Position numbers and translations under genes: made by a program. From Coraliomargaritaceae bacterium (GTDB lineage Bacteria; Verrucomicrobiota; Verrucomicrobiia; Opitutales; Coraliomargaritaceae): a stretch of 64,000 bases of DNA. Every line of letters starts with the position of its first letter. The first letter of the stretch is position 1. Location: NCBI GenBank assembly GCA_965656495.1, contig CBFHKU010000004.1, positions 75,392 through 139,391 of the forward strand, read 5' to 3'. A model generated the notes under the pieces. It did not search any database and was not told the origin of the DNA. It saw only the letters and a list, made by a program, of their open reading frames with translations. Below are positions 21,075-29,025 of this stretch, in pieces.

Positions 21075-22658
21075 ATAAAACGCTCCCATCAAATCGACCG
21101 AGCCCAATCTGCAAAAACTCCTTTTGATATTGCGGTAATCGGCGGCGGTGCATCCGGACTAGGTGCAGCACTTGACGCAGCTGCCCGCGGCCACCGGGTT
21201 GCGCTCTTCGAGCAAGCTGATTTTGCAAAGGGCACCTCCAGCCGTTCCACCAAACTGGTTCATGGAGGCGTGCGTTACCTGCAACAGGGAAATGTCTCGC
21301 TGGTTCTGGAAGCACTGCGCGAGCGCGGGCGCCTCGCTGCAAATGCCCCCCATCTGGTTCACCCACAGTCCTTTGTTATTCCAAATTACGCTTGGTGGGA
21401 AGGCCCCTTCTATGGCATTGGTATGAAAGTCTATGATCGACTCGCCGGCAAACTCGGCCTTGCGCCCTCACGGCACCTTAATATCGATGAAACCCTCGAG
21501 GCGATCCCGACGATCGAACAGGCCAAACTCCTCGGCGGAGTTATTTATCAGGATGGGCAGTTCGACGACGCACGCCTTGCCATCAACCTCGCCCAAACCG
21601 CCGAATCCCTCGGCGCAGTAGTCCTAAACTATACCCGCTGTGTTGGCCTCGTCAAAGAACACGGCCTCCTTTGCGGAGTCGAAATCGAGGATCTGGAATC
21701 CGGCCAAACCTTCACCGTTCGCGCGAAATCAGTCATTAATGCAACCGGTGTTTTCGCAGACTCACTCCGCCAAATAGACGAACCCAAAGCAGGCTCCATT
21801 ATCGCGGTGAGCCAAGGAATCCATATTGTCCTCCCCAGGCATTTCCTTCCGGGAGAAGCAGCCATCATGGTTCCCAAGACCGAAGATGGGCGCGTCCTTT
21901 TCGCAGTACCATGGCATGACCATGTCGTCGTCGGCACCACCGATACGCCCATTGCGACGGCAAAACTGGAACCGCGCGCGCTCAGCGAGGAACGTGAGTT
22001 TGTAATGACTCATGCCTGCAAATACTTAAACCATAATCCCCAACCCGAAGATGTTTGCAGTATCTTTGCGGGGCTCAGGCCGCTCGTGCGCTCCGATGAT
22101 TCAAACGGAAACACCGCAGCCCTTTCACGGGATCACAGTATTATTATCAGCCAAAGCGGTCTCATCACTCTAACCGGCGGAAAGTGGACGACCTATCGAA
22201 AAATGGCTGAAGACGTCATCGATCACGCCGAAACCCTTGCAGGACTGGAACATCAACCCTGCCCCACCGTTAATTTGCAAATCCACGGTTGGACCCATGA
22301 GCCCATCAAAGCAAAAAACCTCCAAGTCTATGGATCGGATGCACGTGAAATAGAAAACCTCATAGAGAGCACACCTGCGCTCGCGGAAAAGATACACCCT
22401 GATCTACCATACCAAAAAGCCGAAATCTTTTGGCACGCTCAGGAAGAAATGGCGCGCACCGTGGAAGATGTACTGGCACGACGGACGCGGGCCCTCCTGC
22501 TGAATGCACGCGCATCCATGGAGGCGGCGCCCATAGTGGCGAGCATGCTTGCAAAGGTTTTTAACCATGGCAGCGATTGGCAGAAAAAACAGATAGAAGC
22601 TTACTTAGACTTAGCCAGAGGTTATGATTTCCTGTCCTCCGAAAGTGTTGGCAACTGA
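21075..22658 (+). CDS. glpD: FAD-dependent glycerol-3-phosphate dehydrogenase; only an ATA at the expected start
   Basis: Frame extends upstream of the track ORF: IKRSHQ...FDIAVIGGGASGLG...GTSSRSTKLVHGGVRYL; also GGKWTTYRKMAE. Confidence 0.92.
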   Translation: MKRSHQIDRAQSAKTPFDIAVIGGGASGLGAALDAAARGHRVALFEQADFAKGTSSRSTKLVHGGVRYLQQGNVSLVLEALRERGRLAANAPHLVHPQSFVIPNYAWWEGPFYGIGMKVYDRLAGKLGLAPSRHLNIDETLEAIPTIEQAKLLGGVIYQDGQFDDARLAINLAQTAESLGAVVLNYTRCVGLVKEHGLLCGVEIEDLESGQTFTVRAKSVINATGVFADSLRQIDEPKAGSIIAVSQGIHIVLPRHFLPGEAAIMVPKTEDGRVLFAVPWHDHVVVGTTDTPIATAKLEPRALSEEREFVMTHACKYLNHNPQPEDVCSIFAGLRPLVRSDDSNGNTAALSRDHSIIISQSGLITLTGGKWTTYRKMAEDVIDHAETLAGLEHQPCPTVNLQIHGWTHEPIKAKNLQVYGSDAREIENLIESTPALAEKIHPDLPYQKAEIFWHAQEEMARTVEDVLARRTRALLLNARASMEAAPIVASMLAKVFNHGSDWQKKQIEAYLDLARGYDFLSSESVGN

Positions 22659-22814
22659 AAACGGCCCCACAATTAGAACCTACTTGTTCAATTTTATACC
22701 CTTTTAATACCAAATTTAAAATTATTTTATATTGATTCTAAATGTTTAATTTGTACATTTATAAACCATTGCTAAAAAGCATTAACCCTAAATATTAACT
22801 CAAAATAAAAAGTA

Positions 22815-23612
22815 ATGGAAGATTGGAATTACAAAGACATAGAAGTGTGCTGCAACGAGTGTGGTAAGATCGCAACCTTGCATCCGGATCAAAACCTTAT
22901 CAAAGGCAAAGATATAAAATGGCCGCCGCCGGAGCTGACCCGTAAAATTTCTCAAAAGTCAATGGATTCATGCCACTCCGGCAATGTACATCTCCTAAAT
23001 GACAACTGGAAACTAGGCTATTTTTGTGAACTTCAGGCCATCAACAATGTATCAGCACTAGTGTGGTCTGCCTTCGGAACAGTAATGAAAACCAAGAAGG
23101 AAATCCTTGAAAGCTGGACTTCCGAATTATTCAAGCAACTGAAGATTGATGATGCTAGCGCTGAAGACACACAGATGTTCCTCTGGCGAAAGCTACCACC
23201 TTGCAAAAATCTAACCGTGCCAAATTCCGAGTTGGATGTCATCCTCTCGACTCGTAATTGCATCTTGTTTTTCATCGCTTCATGGAGCGAAAAACAGGGC
23301 AGTGCTTTAAGAGAGGAAATCCGCCAAAAGCTTACCGCCTTGAGCGAATTCCTAAAATCCGATTCGCCCTTCAATCTTTTAAGAAATAAGATCTACGGCA
23401 TCGTCGGTGTAAGTTATAATGACGACATCTGGGATGGAATCGATTTACCAGCAGAGTGTCGCACTTTTGGCCTCACTTGGCATCAATTATGTGCCCTCAA
23501 AAATCATCCCTACGCCCTCGAGTTACAGCATTATTATAAGTGGAAGGAAAAATACTCCTACATCACTGATGGCAATGAGGCTCATGTTGCCCAAACCAAG
23601 CTCATCGCTTGA
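22815..23612 (+). CDS. Hypothetical protein, possibly a degenerate PD-(D/E)XK fold
   Basis: 265-aa ORF after an AT-rich spacer; N-terminal CxxC; SELDVIL...FFIASW. Confidence 0.65.
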   Translation: MEDWNYKDIEVCCNECGKIATLHPDQNLIKGKDIKWPPPELTRKISQKSMDSCHSGNVHLLNDNWKLGYFCELQAINNVSALVWSAFGTVMKTKKEILESWTSELFKQLKIDDASAEDTQMFLWRKLPPCKNLTVPNSELDVILSTRNCILFFIASWSEKQGSALREEIRQKLTALSEFLKSDSPFNLLRNKIYGIVGVSYNDDIWDGIDLPAECRTFGLTWHQLCALKNHPYALELQHYYKWKEKYSYITDGNEAHVAQTKLIA

Positions 23613-23624
23613 ACTGAGGAAATT

Positions 23625-24533
23625 TTAGACCGGCAGGTCTTCATACCCGAAAACCGGGATCACGTCGATCGACTTGTCGGTTCGCCGGGCAAGCCCGGAG
23701 AGCACCTTGCCCGGCCCGCACTCATAAAATTGCTCTACCGCGTTTTCAGCAGCGGCGTTACGCAGGCAATCTTCAAACTTCACCGATGAGACCACCTGCT
23801 GCACGAGACATTCCTTTATTTGCGCCGGCTCACTTACCTTTTGCCCGGTTACGTTGGTGTAAACGGCAAGACTAGGTGCCTTAAACTCAAAATCCTCAAT
23901 ATAACCAGCAAAAGCATCGCGGGCGGAGACCATCAAACGACTGTGATAGGCACCGGCTACATTGAGCGGTTTCACCAGCTTAAAGCCACGACCCGAGGAA
24001 TTCGCGACCGCATCCAGAACTTTCTCATTTTCTCCGGAAATCACAATCTGGCCCGGGCAATTCAAATTCGCGATTTCAATATCAAATTCTTCACAGAGTT
24101 GCTGCACTGCCTCCGGTTCTCCCCCGATCACACTCGCCATACCACCTTTCGTTGTATCACAAGCCAATTGCATCAAACGACCCCGTTCCGCCACCAGACG
24201 CAAACCGGTTTCAAAGTCAAACACCCCTGCGCAGGCTAGAGCGGTCAATTCTCCCAAACTCAAGCCGCAGGCCGTTACCAAATTATCGAGCAATCCCCGC
24301 TCCTTGAGCAACGCATAGACCACATAACCATGCACATAAAGCGCTGGCTGACAAACCTTCGTGCTGCGCAACGCCTCCTCCGGCCCCTCAAAGCTGATGC
24401 CCTTCAAGTCCCATCCCAAGACCTCATTCGCGGTATCATAGAGGGTGCGCGCGGTCTCGGAAGATTCATAAAGGGAGCGTCCCATCCCAATTTGCTGCGC
24501 GCCCTGTCCTGAAAAAAGTAAGCCTGTAACCAT
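23625..24533 (-). CDS. fabD: Malonyl-CoA:ACP transacylase
   Basis: FSGQGAQ, GLSLGE, ANLNCPGQIVISG, LNVAGAYHS. Confidence 0.98.
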   Translation of the reverse strand: MVTGLLFSGQGAQQIGMGRSLYESSETARTLYDTANEVLGWDLKGISFEGPEEALRSTKVCQPALYVHGYVVYALLKERGLLDNLVTACGLSLGELTALACAGVFDFETGLRLVAERGRLMQLACDTTKGGMASVIGGEPEAVQQLCEEFDIEIANLNCPGQIVISGENEKVLDAVANSSGRGFKLVKPLNVAGAYHSRLMVSARDAFAGYIEDFEFKAPSLAVYTNVTGQKVSEPAQIKECLVQQVVSSVKFEDCLRNAAAENAVEQFYECGPGKVLSGLARRTDKSIDVIPVFGYEDLPV

Positions 24534-24663
24534 AATTGAAAGATTTTAAAATTTAGAATAGGAAGTAAAATAAAGAGTGCAGGTGCGTAGCGTGGCAACC
24601 CGAAAGAAGACATGTGCAAAAACAACAACTGGACCACTGGGATAAAAGTCATAGCTGGCATCC

Positions 24664-24827
24664 CTTCATTTGGCTGGGTTTGGATTTTCAACGGGGTTGG
24701 CTACCAGCTTTGCCGCATGGAAAATAAAATACGGCGTTATGAATACCCGTGCGCCTTGTCCTTTTGGAAATCCCTGCATGGGACCGGTGTTAGCGTCCGC
24801 CGAAAATCCAAACCCAGCCAAATGAAG
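24664..24827. repeat. 164-bp element with perfect 26-bp terminal inverted repeats (MITE-like or long-hairpin ncRNA)
   Basis: cttcatttggctgggtttggattttc (24664-24689) is the reverse complement of gaaaatccaaacccagccaaatgaag (24802-24827). Confidence 0.85.
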
Positions 24828-24992
24828 CGCTTTTTTCGGGATTATGAGGCTAAATTTTCCGGAAAGGGAGGAGGAATCTACGCAAGCTGGAACTTCTGCC
24901 GGGTACAATTACAAGCTCCGCAATAAAAAACGCTGTAATTGTTTTTGATTTGAGAGGTTGCCAGTCGCCAGAACTCGACCACAGTCAATACA

Positions 24993-25802
24993 GTGAACGA
25001 TACAAATAAAACGATGGATTGCCCTGATATCGACCGCTTCTGGGATGCATTGCGCCATTTGGCGGCAGCGATGCTGGAGCGTGAACCCGCCCTGAAGACT
25101 CTCCTGCATGAGACCGTTATCGACCGGTCTAGCTTTGCGGAAAGCCTCACCCACCGCCTCACCCGCAAGCTCGCCAACCACGCTGCTTCAATCGAGGTGC
25201 TCCACCAGACCTTTCTCCAGGCATTCAACGAAGATCCCCAAATACTTGAACAGATCGCGATGGATATGCGGGCCGTTTGCGATCGCGACCCGGCCTGCCC
25301 GGATGCCTTGACCCCACTCCTGTTTTTCAAGGGTTTTCAATCCCTTGTTTGCTACCGCGTCGCACATTTTCTTTGGAACCAGGACCGCCGCGAATTCGCG
25401 CTTTACCTGCAAAGTCTTATCTCCGAGACCTTCAGCGTGGATATCCATCCAGCGGCAAAACTCGCCGGCGGCATTCTCCTTGACCACGCGACCGGTTTTG
25501 TCGCGGGCGAAACCGCCGTCATCGAACAGGATGTTTCGATCCTCCACGAAGTCACCCTCGGTGGAACCGGGAAAGACCGTGGCGACCGGCATCCCAAAGT
25601 GCGCTCCGGAGTTTTGCTCGGAGCCGGAGCAAAGATCCTCGGCAATGTTGAAATTGGCGCGGGCGCGAAAGTCGGGGCCGGCAGCGTGGTCCTGAATGAC
25701 GTGCCACCCCATACCAGCGTGGCGGGAGTACCTGCCAAAGTGATTGGCAAGACCAGCGAAGTCTCACCTGCGCTGGGTATGTGCCATGAATTGGACCGCT
25801 AG
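24993..25802 (+). CDS. cysE: Serine O-acetyltransferase
   Basis: RDPAC, FFKGF, VDIHPAA, LDHATG, VTLGGTGKDRGDRHPK. Confidence 0.98.
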   Translation: MNDTNKTMDCPDIDRFWDALRHLAAAMLEREPALKTLLHETVIDRSSFAESLTHRLTRKLANHAASIEVLHQTFLQAFNEDPQILEQIAMDMRAVCDRDPACPDALTPLLFFKGFQSLVCYRVAHFLWNQDRREFALYLQSLISETFSVDIHPAAKLAGGILLDHATGFVAGETAVIEQDVSILHEVTLGGTGKDRGDRHPKVRSGVLLGAGAKILGNVEIGAGAKVGAGSVVLNDVPPHTSVAGVPAKVIGKTSEVSPALGMCHELDR

Positions 25803-25822
25803 CTGATAAACCCGGCGCTGAT

Positions 25823-28063
25823 ATGGACGCTTCCCATCTAGCCAACGCAGATCCGCATAGTGCCCTGTGGGCCCTCTGCCTCGCCGTGGGCGCTGGCTGT
25901 TTATTGACGGTCCTCTCCCGCCGACTCCACTTGCCCACCATCGTACTGCTTCTCGGTGGCGGCTTTGTCTTGGGGCCCGAAGGTCTCAACCTCCTGCGCC
26001 CCGATGCGCTCGGTCATTTTCTGCCGGTGCTCGTCTCTCTTGCGGTGGCACTCATCCTTTACGAAGGGGGACTCACTCTCGACCTCAAGGAATTTACCCA
26101 AACCTCCACTGTAATTCAACGCCTGCTTAGCGCAGGTGTGCTCATTACCTGGTTTGGTACTGCCCTGAGCGTCTATATTTTCTTTGATACCACCCCCTCC
26201 TACGCTCTTTTAATGGGGAGTTTGGTGATCGTGACTGGCCCCACCGTGATCGTACCCCTCTTACGCCGTATTCGTCTTAGCAAACGAGTTGCGAGTATTT
26301 TGCATTGGGAGGCTGTACTCATCGACTCAATCGGTGTCTTTGTCGCCATCCTTTGTTATGAATGGGTTGCGGAGGGCGGTGGCGCGGTGGCACTCCCGAA
26401 TTTCATCGTGCGCATCCTAAGCGGCGCGACTTTGGGAGTTGTCGGCGGTTATTTGATTTATTTCACGATGCGGCGGGGTTGGGTTCCCGACAATATCGTG
26501 AACGCCTTCTCGCTGGCCAGCGCGATGCTGCTTTTTGGGCTGACCGAATTAATCCGCCCCGAGGCGGGCCTCCTGAGCGTCACGGTCGCCGGACTCATCG
26601 TGGGGCTCAACAAGCCGCGCCAACTGCGGGAGGTGAAGGCTTTTAAAGCAGAGATTGTTGACCTTTTGATCGGTCTGCTCTTCCTCCTGCTGGTCGCCCG
26701 CCTTGAATGGGCACAGTTTGTCAGTTTTTATTCCAATGGCGGTGGCTGGGTCTTGCTCTCCGTCATCTTTTTGGTGCGTCCTTTGAGCGTTATCACCTCT
26801 TCCTGGGGAACCGCTTTGAACAAGCGCGAAAAAGCATTGCTCAGTTGGGTTGCCCCCCGGGGCGTGGTTGCCGCCTCCATGGCTTCCCTTTTTGCTTTGT
26901 CGCTTTCACAGGCAGACAACCCCCAGGGCGACCCCAAGCTCCTTGAATCCTTTGTCTATTCAGTCATCTGCGCCACTGTCATACTTCAAGGTCTCTCCGC
27001 TGGAATTTTCGCGCGTATGCTTGGACTACAGCGACCCGCCCCAAATGACTGGGTCATTATCGGTGCACATTATTTTGGACGCCAATTGGCGCGCCTTATC
27101 AACGATGTCGACAAGCAACAGGATGTCATCCTGCTCGACAGCAACGCCCGCAACGCTGCCCTCGCACGCCGCGAAGGCTACGTTGCCCTCCACCGGGACG
27201 GCATGGCAGCCGAGGAACTCTACGAGGAGGAACAGGCCCTCTTCGGCACCGGTTACGTCCTCGCATTGACCGACAATATTGAACTCAACAACATCCTCAT
27301 GCAGCGCTGGGCCGAAAAACTCGGTTCAGAAAAGGTATTTGGTTGGATTCCTGAAACCAGCTCGCATGACATCAACCGTATAACCGGTCAGTCCGTCTTT
27401 GGCGATTTGGCGCGTCCATCCCTCATCAGCAATGAACTGATGCAAAACGAAAGCAACTTCGAGACGATTGTATGGACCGAGGGCACAGTCCTGCCAACAA
27501 ACGACTGGCACCCCCTCTTTATTCGCCGGGGTCGGAGCCTGCGCACCCTCACCAACGATGCCGCCTTAAAAGAAAGGGTGCGTCAAGGCGATGAGGTCAT
27601 ATGCCTGAAGCGATCCAAAGGTTTCCTGGTCAGAGCCCTGCAGGAAGGTTCGTTTCACGGACTCCAAAGCACAAGCCTTGGAGCACTTTATACCGAGATT
27701 GCTCAAATTGCTGACGCCAACCTCACCGGTGTTCAAAGCAAAGTGGTCATGGAGCACCTCGAAGCACAAAATACCCGCTACCCCGCTTGTCTTGGACATG
27801 GTATTGCAATCCCACATGTTCACTGCGAGGGGCTCGATAAACGCGCTTGCTTTGTGATTCACCTCTCAAGCGGATTGCCCGTCCCGAATCAAACGGAGCC
27901 CCTTCAGCTCATTTTCTTCCTCCTCAGCCCGACTGATGATACTGAAGGTCACCTGGCTACTTTAAATGATATCGCAAAAAACTGCCGCTCCTCAAAAACG
28001 AGAGCAAAACTGCTCGCAGCAAAGTCTCAAAGTCAGGTTATCGATGCGATCCTGAGCCGCTAA
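25823..28063 (+). CDS. CPA1/NhaP cation:proton antiporter with TrkA-N-like and PTS EIIA-like C-terminal domains
   Basis: ILYEGGLTL, VTGPTVI, APRGVVAAS; IIGAHYFG; C-terminal LGHGIAIPH and HLATL. Confidence 0.88.
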   Translation: MDASHLANADPHSALWALCLAVGAGCLLTVLSRRLHLPTIVLLLGGGFVLGPEGLNLLRPDALGHFLPVLVSLAVALILYEGGLTLDLKEFTQTSTVIQRLLSAGVLITWFGTALSVYIFFDTTPSYALLMGSLVIVTGPTVIVPLLRRIRLSKRVASILHWEAVLIDSIGVFVAILCYEWVAEGGGAVALPNFIVRILSGATLGVVGGYLIYFTMRRGWVPDNIVNAFSLASAMLLFGLTELIRPEAGLLSVTVAGLIVGLNKPRQLREVKAFKAEIVDLLIGLLFLLLVARLEWAQFVSFYSNGGGWVLLSVIFLVRPLSVITSSWGTALNKREKALLSWVAPRGVVAASMASLFALSLSQADNPQGDPKLLESFVYSVICATVILQGLSAGIFARMLGLQRPAPNDWVIIGAHYFGRQLARLINDVDKQQDVILLDSNARNAALARREGYVALHRDGMAAEELYEEEQALFGTGYVLALTDNIELNNILMQRWAEKLGSEKVFGWIPETSSHDINRITGQSVFGDLARPSLISNELMQNESNFETIVWTEGTVLPTNDWHPLFIRRGRSLRTLTNDAALKERVRQGDEVICLKRSKGFLVRALQEGSFHGLQSTSLGALYTEIAQIADANLTGVQSKVVMEHLEAQNTRYPACLGHGIAIPHVHCEGLDKRACFVIHLSSGLPVPNQTEPLQLIFFLLSPTDDTEGHLATLNDIAKNCRSSKTRAKLLAAKSQSQVIDAILSR

Positions 28064-28298
28064 GCACCAAAAATACGGTAATTTTAACCGAAAATACGTG
28101 TTTTTTACATTAGATGCATTTTATTTATAAATATGTATAATTTTATTTTTTAGTTGTTGACATTATTTTTAATTGGTTTTTCTATACTATTTAAATTCAG
28201 CCCGCGTTCTTTTTCAAACCAGTCAACTTTTTCAGCTTTTGCGTCTACGGCGCAAGTTAGTAGTAAGTAAGAGTAGATAGTATAGGGTAATATAGGGT

Positions 28299-28338
28299 AA
28301 GCGGGCAGTGCCGCAAGGCGCTGTCCGCTTTTACTTTT
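28299..28338 (+). terminator. Rho-independent terminator-like hairpin
   Basis: aagcgggcagtgcc-GCAA-ggcgctgtccgctt followed by a T-rich tract. Confidence 0.75.
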
Positions 28339-28362
28339 TAGATTTATTTTTATATTAAAGAG

Positions 28363-28974
28363 ATGTATCCGACAAAAGAGATAGGTAATAAAAGGCAATC
28401 AATTAACCATTGGAAGCAGCCCAGTGTAAGTCTATTATTTAGATACTGCTTCATAAACCTTTTAGCGCTGGCCTGTTTTCCCCTCTTCGCCCAAGCCAAT
28501 ATTTCCAGCAAATTATTGGAAGTAAAGGAAGCGCGAGAAACAGCCAAAGTTTCGGGTCTCAAGAATACTACGCCCACAAATGCAAAGATTAATATTGGGA
28601 GCGGTTTTGAACAAAGTGCCTCGTCTTCAAGCTTATTCAAGAGCGCAAATAAAAGTTATGTTGAAAACAATACGATACGCGGCCTTTTAATCAACGACCT
28701 TGCTAATAATAATCTACTTGAAAATATCACCGAAGCTCAGACTGCTACTTCATCAGAAAATAACGCCTCCGTTAGCAAAACTTCCGGAAATAATCCGACT
28801 AATATAACAGCCCAAGGAAGCATCACTGAAAAGGTTCGTAGCTTGGCAATCATGTTGTCAGTTGTTGCCATACCGCCCGCTCTGGTTGTTGGTCTTCTAT
28901 TTTACAAAGTTTACCGCCGCAATAAAAGGTACGCGCATCGTCACGTAAACCACGAGCACAGCTGGCAAAGCTAA
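28363..28974 (+). CDS. Hypothetical Ser/Asn-rich membrane-anchored protein
   Basis: Signal-like segment, low-complexity middle, C-terminal TM helix plus basic tail; start uncertain. Confidence 0.6.
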   Translation: MYPTKEIGNKRQSINHWKQPSVSLLFRYCFINLLALACFPLFAQANISSKLLEVKEARETAKVSGLKNTTPTNAKINIGSGFEQSASSSSLFKSANKSYVENNTIRGLLINDLANNNLLENITEAQTATSSENNASVSKTSGNNPTNITAQGSITEKVRSLAIMLSVVAIPPALVVGLLFYKVYRRNKRYAHRHVNHEHSWQS

Positions 28975-29025
28975 GCTGTCTTTTTTAACAAGCGTAGCCG
29001 AACGGACCTTGTGCCCCCGTTCTTA

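Noticed and set aside
24404..24926. Short ORFs between fabD and cysE
   Set aside because: No recognisable motifs; the region is better explained by the inverted-repeat element.
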